DNA of 64,000 bases from an uncultured Clostridium sp. (GCA_930986425.1 CAKNJR010000003.1:43047-107046), one strand, 5' to 3'. Shown: positions 44,730-55,175, numbered from the stretch's first letter. The notes: a model not told the origin generated them from the letters alone. A program made the numbers and translations.

Positions 44730-44805
44730 TGGAGCCACCAGCGAGAATCGAACTCGCGACCTACAGGTTACGAATCTGTTGCTCTACCAACTGAGCTATA
44801 GTGGC
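44730..44805 (-). tRNA. tRNA-Thr (CGT)
   Basis: 76-nt cloverleaf, loop ttCGTaa, encoded CCA. Confidence 0.92.
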
Positions 44806-44924
44806 ATAAAACAAATATATTATAGTATATAAAGTATTTTAAATCAAGATATTTTTACTTTTAAAATAGATTTATGTTGAAATTATAAATAAAATTTTTG
44901 TAAATAAATATCAGGGAGATAATT

Positions 44925-45935
44925 ATGCTAAAAGAACTGAAAATAGAATTAACTAATAGATGCTCAAGAAACTGCATACATTGTTCAAGCAGTGCTACTA
45001 GTAATGCTAAAAATATTAAAGAGTTAGAATATGAAGATGTAAAGAAAATAATACTAGAAGCAAAGCAAATGAATGTTACTGATGTGGTATTTACGGGAGG
45101 AGAACCACTAAAATATGAAAAGCTAAATGATTTAATTAAACTAACAAAAGAATTAGAAATCAATTCTGCAATTTATACATTTGAATATAGGAATGATGAA
45201 AACATAAATAAATATAAAAAACTTATTGATAGTGGACTAAATAAAATAATATATTCGCTAGCAGACAGTTTATCAAACCAAAAAGATTCTTCAACATACA
45301 CACATATAGAATTTTTTGATAAATTATTAAAAAATTCAAATTGTAAATTAGGATTTCATTATACAATTTCAAAAGACTCAATTTCACAAATGCAGACAAT
45401 AGTAAATGCAACAATGGAAGAATTTTATAATAGGAAATATTTCGAAAAGATTAGCTTACTTAGATTTGTTCCACACGGTAAAGGCAGTAAAAATATGGAC
45501 TTAACTAAAGAAGAATTGAATCAAATAAAAGACTTTTACTTAGAATCAAAATACAAAGACAAAATAAGGTTAGGAAGTCCTTGGAATATATTAAATATAA
45601 AAAATAGTCCTTGCATTATTGCGGATGAAATTATGATAATTGGATTTGATGGTATTGCATATCCATGTGATTCTATAAAATATTTTACAAAATTGGGCAT
45701 TAGTGGGAATATAAAAGAAAATACACTAAAAGAAATGTATAATTCAGAATACTTTAAATTATTGAGAGAGCTAAATACAGAAAATAGTTGCAAATCATGC
45801 AAAGATTATGAAATTTGTAAGAGTGGTTGTATTGGTCAAAAAATAATTGCAGGATATGATAAAAATGAAGATATATACACAAATTTAAAAAGATGTATTA
45901 ATTCAAAAGACCCTAAATGCATGAAAACAAATTAA
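44925..45935 (+). CDS. Radical SAM/SPASM domain protein
   Basis: CSRNCIHC, FTGGEP, C-terminal PC...CKSC...CKSGC. Confidence 0.9.
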   Translation: MLKELKIELTNRCSRNCIHCSSSATSNAKNIKELEYEDVKKIILEAKQMNVTDVVFTGGEPLKYEKLNDLIKLTKELEINSAIYTFEYRNDENINKYKKLIDSGLNKIIYSLADSLSNQKDSSTYTHIEFFDKLLKNSNCKLGFHYTISKDSISQMQTIVNATMEEFYNRKYFEKISLLRFVPHGKGSKNMDLTKEELNQIKDFYLESKYKDKIRLGSPWNILNIKNSPCIIADEIMIIGFDGIAYPCDSIKYFTKLGISGNIKENTLKEMYNSEYFKLLRELNTENSCKSCKDYEICKSGCIGQKIIAGYDKNEDIYTNLKRCINSKDPKCMKTN

Positions 45936-45947
45936 AAGAGGTATGAA

Positions 45948-46892
45948 ATGAAAAAAAGACAAGAAGTTTATGACTTATATTGGTATTTCGCTTGTGAAAG
46001 ACAAAATATATTTTGGCGCAAACTCGAAGGTAAAGAACCACCATGGACAGAAGATGAAATTTTGCAGGAATACAAGTTTTGCAATAGTTATAGAGTAAAT
46101 GATAGAGTAAGTCAATACTTATTGAAGAATGTAATATATAATGGAAAAACATATGATAATGATGATACTATTTTTAGAATAATACTTTTCAAATTATTTA
46201 ACAAAGAGCAAACGTGGGAATTATTATTAGAAAACATAGGAGACCCTACATTAAAAAATTTCAATAGAAAAACATACTCAGAAGTATTAGAAAAGGCTAT
46301 ATCTAATGGAATAAAAATATATAATGATGCATATATATCATGTGCCAATAAAGCATTTGGATTTGATAGAAAACATGATAATCATTTAGCTTTACTACAA
46401 AAAATGTTCTTAGAAGACAAAATGCATGATAAAATTTTAGAATGCAAAAACATGAAAGAAGCATTTGAAATTATAGAATCGTATCCTCTAATTGGAGATT
46501 TTATGGCATACCAGCTAGTAACAGATATTAATTATAGTGATGTAGTAGATTGGAAAGAAAATGAATTTACAGTAGCAGGACCGGGCTCATTAAGAGGAAT
46601 AAATAAGTGTTTTATTGACAAAGGAAATATGAGTAATGAAGATATTATAAAATATATGTATGAAAATCAAGATAAAGAATTTAAAAGATTGAATTTGAAT
46701 TTTAGAAGAATAGGAAATCGAGAGCTTCAGCTAATAGATTGCCAAAATATTTTCTGTGAATTAGACAAATATTGTAGGCAAGCACTTCCAGAGTTAAAAT
46801 CTAATAGAAAAAAGATAAAAAAGAAGTATATACCTAAAACATCTAAAATAGAATATATGTATCCACCAAAATGGAAGGTGGAATTGTATTAA
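45948..46892 (+). CDS. aGPT-Pplase1 / 5-hmdU DNA kinase helical-domain-like putative DNA base hypermodification protein
   Basis: YWYFACERQNIF...PPWTED.IL..YKFCNSYRVNDRVSQ, GDFMAYQLVTD, GPGS..G, QNIFCELDKY. Confidence 0.72.
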   Translation: MKKRQEVYDLYWYFACERQNIFWRKLEGKEPPWTEDEILQEYKFCNSYRVNDRVSQYLLKNVIYNGKTYDNDDTIFRIILFKLFNKEQTWELLLENIGDPTLKNFNRKTYSEVLEKAISNGIKIYNDAYISCANKAFGFDRKHDNHLALLQKMFLEDKMHDKILECKNMKEAFEIIESYPLIGDFMAYQLVTDINYSDVVDWKENEFTVAGPGSLRGINKCFIDKGNMSNEDIIKYMYENQDKEFKRLNLNFRRIGNRELQLIDCQNIFCELDKYCRQALPELKSNRKKIKKKYIPKTSKIEYMYPPKWKVELY

Positions 46893-46983
46893 AAAACTAT
46901 TTACAACTAAAAATTTATTATGATAGAATTCATTTAAGCAATGTTGTTTCAATCAATACAATAATTTGTTATGAGGTGAGACA

Positions 46984-47709
46984 ATGATTATCGAATTACC
47001 AAAAGAGCACATTGTTTTTAGTGATGAGAAAGGAGAGGTAAAAGAAGGAATTCTTTATTTGCATCGGAATATGTTTGAAGAAGCGATGTTTGAATTGACG
47101 TACATTCTACATGGCCACGTCTGCTATTATTGCCAAAAGCCTATTACAGGTATAGAAGACAAAGAAAAACAAGACGGAGTACTATGGAAATCCTTAGACC
47201 ACCTTATACCTAGAGAATTTGGTGGTGTTAGTATTACCAACAACTTAAGACCTTGCTGTAGTGTTTGCAACCGTAAAAAAGGTAGTATGTATCCAAACGA
47301 ATTTGAAAAGTTTCAACATATTGTAAAATCAACAAAAGGTCGAGAAAGAAAAGCAGAGGTGAAAGATTTCAATGAAGAATTAAGTTTAACCCAAACCAAA
47401 AGGAGATTTGGCGAATTGCCATCTCTTCCAGAGGAATGGTTAGAACAAGGAAATCACAAATCCGTGTATGTAAATTTTATGTTAGAGGACCCGATAGGAA
47501 CAGTATACAACAGAATTGCCAGATTCTATAGAAAATATAAAAGAATTCCATATCCAATAGTTGTAAGTGCAAATAAATTCCTGCTTGATGGTTTCAATTC
47601 TATACTTTTTATGAAAATAGAAGGTGTAAGAAAGATTGATGTCATTAAGTTGGAAAATGTGATTTATGACGGAATAGTTGATTATACTTCTCACGTGTTA
47701 GGTAAGTGA
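46984..47709 (+). CDS. HNH endonuclease with ParB-like C-terminal segment
   Basis: CYYC...DHLIP..FGG....NLRPCCSVCNRKKG; PIVV....LLDG. Confidence 0.75.
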   Translation: MIIELPKEHIVFSDEKGEVKEGILYLHRNMFEEAMFELTYILHGHVCYYCQKPITGIEDKEKQDGVLWKSLDHLIPREFGGVSITNNLRPCCSVCNRKKGSMYPNEFEKFQHIVKSTKGRERKAEVKDFNEELSLTQTKRRFGELPSLPEEWLEQGNHKSVYVNFMLEDPIGTVYNRIARFYRKYKRIPYPIVVSANKFLLDGFNSILFMKIEGVRKIDVIKLENVIYDGIVDYTSHVLGK

Positions 47710-47832
47710 TTTTTCTCACTATTTGCCCGGTAGTCCTTTGACTACCGGGCGTATTAAAGTAAAAAAATTTCTAGATACATTGAAAAAATAATTCGTATTG
47801 TATATAATTATAAAAAATAAAGGAGATGCAAG

Positions 47833-48474
47833 ATGTTTAATTATAAAAAAAGCATAAAAATATTTAAAATACTATATAAAATATTTATCATAACATTTTT
47901 AATAAGCATTTTGAAAAATGCAATTGTATTAGCAACCGATCAACCGCAAATTCCTACTGCAAATGTGAGAGAAATAAATACTAGCACGGAAGAATATTAT
48001 ACATCAGTGTATATTGCTATAACAATTTTATTTATAACTATAAACGTAATGGCTGCAAATTTTATTGCAATGGTATATCAAAAGAAAACAAATAATAAAG
48101 TAAGCAAAGTTTCAAAAATTATTTTGATAATATGCATATTATTAATGATATTTTCGATTATTTTGCCTAATATGGTTGCTTTGATATTTGGAAAAACAAG
48201 GACTGTATATTTAGGAGGGTCAGGAGAACCGATAAGTTATTTTACAGTAGAAGCATGCTATGGACTTTTACTAATTTTACTTATTTGCCTCATTATTCTA
48301 GGAATTATAATGATTTATCAAAAGATTAAATATAAGAAATTGTCAACAATACAAAAATACATAACTTTGAGTTGTGCTATAGTGTGCGTAATGCTAATTA
48401 TAGAATATAGTTGTATGAAATTACTAGCGGATAATACTTTCTTTAATGGAATTGATATTTCTATATATTATTAA
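47833..48474 (+). CDS. Multi-pass membrane protein
   Basis: About 5 hydrophobic segments; AGGAG SD. Confidence 0.65.
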   Translation: MFNYKKSIKIFKILYKIFIITFLISILKNAIVLATDQPQIPTANVREINTSTEEYYTSVYIAITILFITINVMAANFIAMVYQKKTNNKVSKVSKIILIICILLMIFSIILPNMVALIFGKTRTVYLGGSGEPISYFTVEACYGLLLILLICLIILGIIMIYQKIKYKKLSTIQKYITLSCAIVCVMLIIEYSCMKLLADNTFFNGIDISIYY

Positions 48475-48530
48475 TAAAAAACAAATAACCCCTTGAATTT
48501 TAAAATTCAGTTTGATAAAATAATAAAAAC

Positions 48531-48610
48531 AAAAAGGGAGTAGCTCATAAATAACTAATCAACAACAAGAGAAATCTGGTTAGTGACCTTTATGGTGAGC
48601 AAGACTTTTA
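48531..48610 (+). ncRNA. yybP-ykoY manganese riboswitch
   Basis: AAAGGGAGTAGC...TCAACA...GGTGAGCAAGACTTT upstream of a P2-type ATPase. Confidence 0.75.
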
Positions 48611-48865
48611 AGAAATAGTAATTCTTATTAGTCTTGCTTTTTATTGTATTACTGCAAAAAATTATCATAAAATTGGGTATTAGAATATTTAATTGCTGTT
48701 TAAAATAAATTAAATAGCAAATAATAATACTGCTTGACAAGAGTGATAATTCAAGTATACAAAGCAATGATAAAATACGTACATAATACAAAAGTACATA
48801 AAGTAATAATAGAATGAGAAGGTTTAACTAACTGTATTTTAAAAATATGAAAGGAAAGTGAAAAA

Positions 48866-51688
48866 ATGAACTGGTTTAACAAAGACGTAGAAGAAGTTTC
48901 TAAAACTTTAAACACAGACTTAGAAAAAGGATTAAGCGAAGAAGAAGCGAAAAAGAGACAAAAAGAAAATGGCTATAATGAATTGCAAGAAAAGAAAAAG
49001 AAAAGCCTATTTGTAAAATTTTTAGAGCAATTTAAAGATTTTATGATAATAATCCTTATAATAGCAGCAATAATTTCTGGCGTTGTAGGACAAATGCAAG
49101 GCGAAGGATTTACAGATTCAATAATCATACTAATAGTTGTTATTCTTAATGCTGTTATAGGGGTAATACAAGAAAATAAGGCAGAAAAGTCATTAGAGGC
49201 ATTAAAGAAAATGAGTAGTTACTCAGCAAAGGTAATGCGTGACGGAAAAGTAACAGTTATACCTTCAAGAGAATTGGTACCTGGAGATATAGTTGTATTA
49301 GATACAGGAGATTATGTTCCGGCAGATATAAGAATTATTGATGCTGTAAATCTTAAAGCACAAGAAGCATCACTTACAGGAGAATCAGTACCAGTAGAAA
49401 AAGATGCAGCTACAATAGAAAATGAAGAAGTATCACTTGGAGATAGAACAAATATGTTATTTTCTTCAAGCCTAGTAACATATGGTAGAGGAAAAGGTAT
49501 AGTTGTTGAAACTGGAATGCACACAGAAGTTGGAAATATTGCAGGTATGCTAAATAGCGTAGAAGAAACCGCAACACCACTTCAACAAAAATTAAATAAA
49601 CTAGGCAAAAGCTTAGGAATAATGGCCATTGTAATCTGTATAGTTATATTTATAATAGGATTAGCATATGGCAAAGATGTAATAGATATGTTTATGACAG
49701 CAGTAAGTTTAGCTGTTGCAGCAATACCTGAAGGATTAGCAGCAGTATCAACAATTGTTCTTGCAATAGGTGTTCAAAGAATGGTTAAGAAAAATGCTAT
49801 TGTAAAGAAATTACCAGCAGTTGAAACACTTGGAAGTGCCTCAGTAATTTGCTCAGATAAAACAGGTACACTTACTCAAAATAAAATGGAAGTTCAAAAA
49901 GTATATGTTAATGGACAATTAATAGATGCAAAAGAACTATATAAAGAAAATAAATATAACTCAGATGAATTAGAAAAAACAATTCTAATAGGAATGCTAT
50001 GTAATGATACAAAAATTGCATTAGGCAATTCTACTACAAATGAAGCGGATAGTGCAAAAGCCGATAACTCTAATGATAGCACATCAAATAGTGAAGAAAG
50101 CGATTTAAAGAATGTTACATTCACAGGAGACCCAACAGAAATTGCTTTAACACAATTAGCTTTTAATTTAAAATACGATGAAAACGAAATAAATAATCAT
50201 CCAAGAGTAGCAGAAATGCCATTTGATTCAGATAGAAAATTAATGACAACTGTAAATAAATTTGGAGATAAATATTTAGTTTGTACAAAAGGTGGTCTTG
50301 ATGAATTATTATCAATATGTAACAGCTATTCTGAAAATGGAGAAATAAAAACAAATTTAAAAGATAGAATACCAGAAATAGAAAAACAAAATGAATCTCT
50401 AGCTAAAAATGCTCTTAGAGTTTTAGCAATGGCTTATAAATATATGGACCATGAACCAGTCGGAGATGAAGTTTTAGATTTAGAAAGAGACTTAACATTC
50501 GTTGGAATGTGTGGAATGATAGACCCACCTAGAGAAGAAGCAAAACATGCTGTTCAAAAATGTAAAAAAGCAGGAATAAAAACTGTAATGATTACAGGTG
50601 ACCACAAGATTACAGCAACAGCAATAGCACAACAATTAGGAATATTAGAAAATGAAGATGAAGCGATAACAGGAGCAGAACTTGCAAAAATGTCTGATGA
50701 AGAATTAGACAAAAACATTAGAAAATATAGTGTATATGCAAGAGTTGCACCAGAGCATAAAGTTAGAATAGTTAAAGCATGGCAAAAAGCAGGAGAAATC
50801 GTTGCAATGACAGGTGATGGTGTAAATGATGCACCAGCACTAAAACAAGCAGATATTGGATGCGCAATGGGAATGGTTGGTACAGACGTTGCAAAAGAGG
50901 CAGCTGATGTAATCCTAACAGATGATAACTTCGCAACAATCGTTTCAGCAGTGGAAGAGGGAAGAAGAATATATGCAAATATTTTAAAAGCTATCGAATT
51001 CCTAATTTCAAGTAACATAGGCGAAATTGTTTTATTATTCGTATGTATGCTTATAACACCATTTTTAAGTAGCACATTTGGAATAGACATTAATTTAATT
51101 GAACCTTTATTACCAATGCATATATTATGGATTAACCTAGTAACTGATTCACTTCCAGCATTAGCACTTGCAGTAGACCCAGCTGAAGATGATATAATGA
51201 AGAAAAAGCCAAATAAAGAAAAAGGCATATTTGTTAAATCAAGACTTTGGAGAGTTGCATATCAAGGTATAATGATAGGTTTAATAACACTTGCAGCATT
51301 CATAATAGGATTAGCAACACCAGACAGCATACTTCCACAAGTAGAAGGTCTAAGCAACGCAGAAGTTAAGGTAGAAATTGGCCAAACAATGGCATTTGTT
51401 ACACTTGCATTTGCAGAACTAGTTCATGTATTTAATGTAAGAACACCTAAAAAATCAGTATTCAAGTCACATCCATTTAAGAACAAAATGTTATTATTAG
51501 CACTTGGAGTTTCAGCATTATTAATGATAGTAATTTTAGCAGTTCCTGGCTTAAGAGAAGTATTTAGTATACCAGTACTTCCAGCTCAAGATATATTTGA
51601 AATGATATTATTAATATTATCGCCAATAGTAATTGTAGAAATAATGAAATTAATCAAATTAAATGGAAATAGAAAGAAAGAAGAATAA
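48866..51688 (+). CDS. P2-type cation (Ca2+/Mn2+) transporting ATPase
   Basis: TGES, PEGL, DKTGTLT, TGDGVNDAP. Confidence 0.95.
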   Translation: MNWFNKDVEEVSKTLNTDLEKGLSEEEAKKRQKENGYNELQEKKKKSLFVKFLEQFKDFMIIILIIAAIISGVVGQMQGEGFTDSIIILIVVILNAVIGVIQENKAEKSLEALKKMSSYSAKVMRDGKVTVIPSRELVPGDIVVLDTGDYVPADIRIIDAVNLKAQEASLTGESVPVEKDAATIENEEVSLGDRTNMLFSSSLVTYGRGKGIVVETGMHTEVGNIAGMLNSVEETATPLQQKLNKLGKSLGIMAIVICIVIFIIGLAYGKDVIDMFMTAVSLAVAAIPEGLAAVSTIVLAIGVQRMVKKNAIVKKLPAVETLGSASVICSDKTGTLTQNKMEVQKVYVNGQLIDAKELYKENKYNSDELEKTILIGMLCNDTKIALGNSTTNEADSAKADNSNDSTSNSEESDLKNVTFTGDPTEIALTQLAFNLKYDENEINNHPRVAEMPFDSDRKLMTTVNKFGDKYLVCTKGGLDELLSICNSYSENGEIKTNLKDRIPEIEKQNESLAKNALRVLAMAYKYMDHEPVGDEVLDLERDLTFVGMCGMIDPPREEAKHAVQKCKKAGIKTVMITGDHKITATAIAQQLGILENEDEAITGAELAKMSDEELDKNIRKYSVYARVAPEHKVRIVKAWQKAGEIVAMTGDGVNDAPALKQADIGCAMGMVGTDVAKEAADVILTDDNFATIVSAVEEGRRIYANILKAIEFLISSNIGEIVLLFVCMLITPFLSSTFGIDINLIEPLLPMHILWINLVTDSLPALALAVDPAEDDIMKKKPNKEKGIFVKSRLWRVAYQGIMIGLITLAAFIIGLATPDSILPQVEGLSNAEVKVEIGQTMAFVTLAFAELVHVFNVRTPKKSVFKSHPFKNKMLLLALGVSALLMIVILAVPGLREVFSIPVLPAQDIFEMILLILSPIVIVEIMKLIKLNGNRKKEE

Positions 51689-51952
51689 TTTAATTTTAAA
51701 AAATTTGGGACGTATCAATTAGGAACGTCCCTTTTTAAAAGAAAAATGTCAAAAAACAGTGTCCTTATTGACAAAATCTATTTGAGCAATTTAATGATTT
51801 TCAATTAAGGACCGTTTTAAATTGAACTATTTGGAAAAATGCAAAAATGTCTTGCTTATTTTTATTTTTTAGGTATAATATAGGTGGTGCAAAATTTTTA
51901 TTCGCACTAAGTTGAAATAAATTAACTTGGCAAAACTAAAAGGGGCATAATA

Positions 51953-52837
51953 ATGTATGATTTAATTGTTAGAACAAGAAAACTAAATAAACTGAAAGTT
52001 GCGCTAGTAATTTTAATTGTTATCCTTATTATACTAATAATCTTTACAAGTGTAAGAATGGGACAGATGTATAAAATAAGCAAAAATATTCATTCGTATG
52101 ATTTGTGGATTAATGAAGTAAATGCTCAAATATCAGCAAGAGAAGAAGCAGAAAAAGCAAGATTTGCATCATTAAATGAAGAAGAACTTGAAAGATTCAG
52201 CAGCATATATAAGCATCAAGATAATAAAAGAGTGTTTTTAACTTTTGATGATGGACCTTCAACATCAGTTACACCATACATATTAGATTTACTTAAAGAG
52301 CAAAACATAAAAGCAACTTTTTTCGTGTTAGGACTTAAAGTAGAAGCAAATCCAGACTTAGTTAAAAGGGAATACGATGAAGGACATTTCATAGCAAATC
52401 ATGGATATTCTCATAAATACGGAGATATATATTCTAGTAGCCAAGCAGTGCTTGATGAATATAATAAAACAAATGACGCAATAAAAAATGCTTTAGGAAA
52501 TGAAAACTATAATTCACTAGTATTTAGATTCCCAGGTGGCTCGAGTGGTGGACCATATCACGATATAAAGCAGGAAGCAAAAGAACTATTAAAGCAAAAT
52601 GGAATTGCTAGCGTTGATTGGAATGCACTAACAAATGATGCAGCAGGAGCTAATACGAAGGAAAAAATAATGGAAAATTTCTATAATACTGTTCAAGATA
52701 AAACAAGCGTAGTAATTTTAATGCATGATGCATCAGATAAAATATTGACATATGAATGTTTACCAGAAATGATACAATATTTTAAAGATAATGGATATGA
52801 GTTCAAAACAATGTATGACGTGATAGGGAGAGGTTGA
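51953..52837 (+). CDS. Polysaccharide (peptidoglycan) deacetylase, CE4
   Basis: N-terminal TM; LTFDDGP, NHGYSH, FRFPGG, LMHD. Confidence 0.92.
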   Translation: MYDLIVRTRKLNKLKVALVILIVILIILIIFTSVRMGQMYKISKNIHSYDLWINEVNAQISAREEAEKARFASLNEEELERFSSIYKHQDNKRVFLTFDDGPSTSVTPYILDLLKEQNIKATFFVLGLKVEANPDLVKREYDEGHFIANHGYSHKYGDIYSSSQAVLDEYNKTNDAIKNALGNENYNSLVFRFPGGSSGGPYHDIKQEAKELLKQNGIASVDWNALTNDAAGANTKEKIMENFYNTVQDKTSVVILMHDASDKILTYECLPEMIQYFKDNGYEFKTMYDVIGRG

Positions 52838-53002
52838 ATTTTATTTGAAATGTGATATGAATTGCAATGCAGACGAAAAATAGATGATTAAAATTTCGAT
52901 AAAGTACTTGACAATATGATAAAAAAAGTGTATATTAAATATTGTTCACGTTATTGAACAATATTTAGCACTGGTCTTAGAAGCCAATGCGAATATACAT
53001 AT

Positions 53003-53086
53003 GCGGATGTGGCGGAATTGGCAGACGCGCTGGTCTTAGGAACCAGTACCAATGGTGTGGGGGTTCAAGTCCCTTCATCCGCACCA
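53003..53086 (+). tRNA. tRNA-Leu (TAG)
   Basis: ctggt-ctTAGga-accag, long variable arm, encoded CCA. Confidence 0.95.
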
Positions 53087-53262
53087 ATGACTTTTTTGTT
53101 CGAACTAATAGAAGCAGAATTGATATAAAATCGACCAGATTTTCTGATTGATTTTTTCTTTTGCGAAAAATTCAATGAATTTTATTGCTGTACAAAGTCC
53201 ACGAGTTATGATGGTACGTCATAACTCATAGGGGGTTAGGACTTATGACAAGTCAAAGTCCT
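53087..53262 (+). mobile_element. Relic/miniature element: left-end homolog plus oriT homolog of the 28974-36884 element
   Basis: 53087-53160 resembles 28974-29050; 53202-53262 resembles 31629-31690. Confidence 0.7.
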
Positions 53263-53399
53263 ATTTCTCAAAGAATTTGATGGAGAATATAGAACTACAC
53301 TTATAAACTTTAAAAAATATAAACTTGTAATGGCTAAACTCATGGAAATGAAACCAGCAGAACAAAATAGAGTTGTGATGTATTTGTTAAATATTATCT

Positions 53400-53443
53400 A
53401 ACGGCAAAGAGGCTATCCCAAATAGGACAGCCTCTTTGCCGTT
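53400..53443. terminator. GC-rich hairpin between convergent frames, probable terminator
   Basis: aacggcaaagaggct...agcctctttgccgtt. Confidence 0.7.
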
Positions 53444-53816
53444 AATTCTCAAGTTTTACCTTGAGTTTTTTTGCCTTGATGTGATAGTCACATTTTTTTG
53501 CTGCTTCGTAGTCGGATTCCGAGAACAGAACAACGATATCTCCTTCTTCCATATCACGCATTACCATTTCGATAAAATCGTACGGTTCTGCGTTGTCTTT
53601 TGAGGAAAGCAAAGCACAATATTTTCCGTTCCACATAGCAATACCATCACTAGAATTATTAGAAAGATTAAAGACTTCATACTTCCTTGCATCCATCGGT
53701 TTAATTCCAGCTAATGTTTTGCTGTTCCGCCATTTCTCATGAAGCTCTTGCAAAAGCTCATAATCAGCGATAATTGTCGCTTGACTCTTTCTTCCAACCA
53801 TCGGCATATTAGCCAC
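53442..53816 (-). CDS. Hypothetical protein
   Basis: AAGGAG SD, GTG start, 124 aa. Confidence 0.6.
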   Translation of the reverse strand: MANMPMVGRKSQATIIADYELLQELHEKWRNSKTLAGIKPMDARKYEVFNLSNNSSDGIAMWNGKYCALLSSKDNAEPYDFIEMVMRDMEEGDIVVLFSESDYEAAKKCDYHIKAKKLKVKLEN

Positions 53817-53931
53817 ACTCCTTCCAAATTTGAAATGGTTATTAAGAGTTGCGTATTTATATTATATCAAAAGAATGCTGAAACATCAATAAAATTAGTA
53901 AAAATACACAATAATTATTGAAGGAGGAAAT

Positions 53932-54108
53932 ATGGCTAAGCTGACATTCTTTTCTGTCTTGAAAAGCAACTTAAAATGTGCTTTTTGTAAAAATGAAAAT
54001 TGTCCCGTAAGGTATATGCCGAAAGGAAAAAAACTCAGTTTTACGATGGTACAAAATATGTTACAAGATGTGAAAAAGACAAGAAGGCATATTTCGAGGC
54101 TAGTCTGA
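53932..54108 (+). CDS. Small Cys-containing hypothetical protein (58 aa)
   Basis: AAGGAGG SD; MAKLTFFSVLKSNLKCAFCKNENCP. Confidence 0.45.
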   Translation: MAKLTFFSVLKSNLKCAFCKNENCPVRYMPKGKKLSFTMVQNMLQDVKKTRRHISRLV

Positions 54109-54268
54109 AAAGGCGGCTTCCGTGATAAGCTAGCCGGCAAAACAAAATGTATTATTTAGAAAGGTAATATATTCTGTTTTTTGTGAGATTATTTTTTGAA
54201 AATATATTATATATTGAAAATTCGATATATTTGCCTTATAATGATATTTAGTTAATCAAATATAAAAA

Positions 54269-55106
54269 ATGGAGGTAAAAAAACTGAAAGACATTGATAA
54301 AAATAATGCATCATTTGAAGATATAAAACACATTGATGAAAACGGTGTTGAATTTTGGTATGCAAGGGAGTTGCAAAGTGTTTTAGATTATAAAGAATGG
54401 AGAAAATTTGATGGCGTAATTCAAAGAGCAATAAAAGCATGCGAAAACAGTAATATCAATACTTCAGACCATTTTGTCGGCGCCGACAAAATGGTGTCAA
54501 TTGGCTCAGGAGCGACTAGAAAACAAATAGACTACAAACTAACTCGCTATGCTTGTTATTTAATTGCACAAAATGGAGATAGTAGAAAAAAAGTAATTGC
54601 TCTTGCACAGACATATTTTGCAGTTCAAACTAGAAAACAAGAAATTAGCGAGAGTGAATACCGTTTGTTAACAGAGGATGAGAAGAGATTTTATCAAAGA
54701 GACTTAACAAGAAAAGGCAATTATTCGCTTAATCAAACTGCCAAAAAGGCAGGTGTTAAAAATTTTGATAAATTTCATAATGCGGGTTATAAAGGTTTGT
54801 ATAATGGAGAAACAGCAGATGATATAGCTAAAAGGAAAGGACTAAGATATAGAGAAGATATTTTAGATAATATGTGTAGTGAAGAACTTGCAGCTAACCT
54901 ATTCCGCATTACACAGACTGAGTCAAGATTAAAAAGAGATAAAGTTGCTACAGAAAAGAAAGCTTGTGATACACATAATAAAATTGGAAAAATAGTCAGA
55001 AAAGCTATTAAGGAAGCAGGTCGGAACTATGCCAGAAGATTTGCCAACGCCAAAGAAAAGTTTAAAGCAGCTAGAAAAGGAAAACATTAGAAGTTTACAA
55101 AAATAA
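54269..55106 (+). CDS. dinD: DinD / BRO-like protein, copy 1 (+1 frameshift at CGG 55022)
   Basis: FWYAREL, LTRYACYLIAQNGD, AQTYFAVQTR; +1 frame gives GTMPEDLPTPKKSLKQLEKENIRSLQK, matching the paralog. Confidence 0.85.
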
Positions 55107-55175
55107 AAATTCTTGACAATTAATTGATTATGATTATAAAATAATTATACAAATTATAACTATAGGAGAGAAAAT

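Noticed and set aside
50025-50110. Ser/Asn-rich insertion in the P-type ATPase (similar inserts in U32 and MBOAT) as an intein or mobile insert
   Set aside because: Short low-complexity loops without splicing motifs or terminal repeats
54015-54124. Phase-variable A7 tract in the small Cys ORF
   Set aside because: The alternative frame is plausible, but A-runs are ubiquitous here and there is no homology evidence
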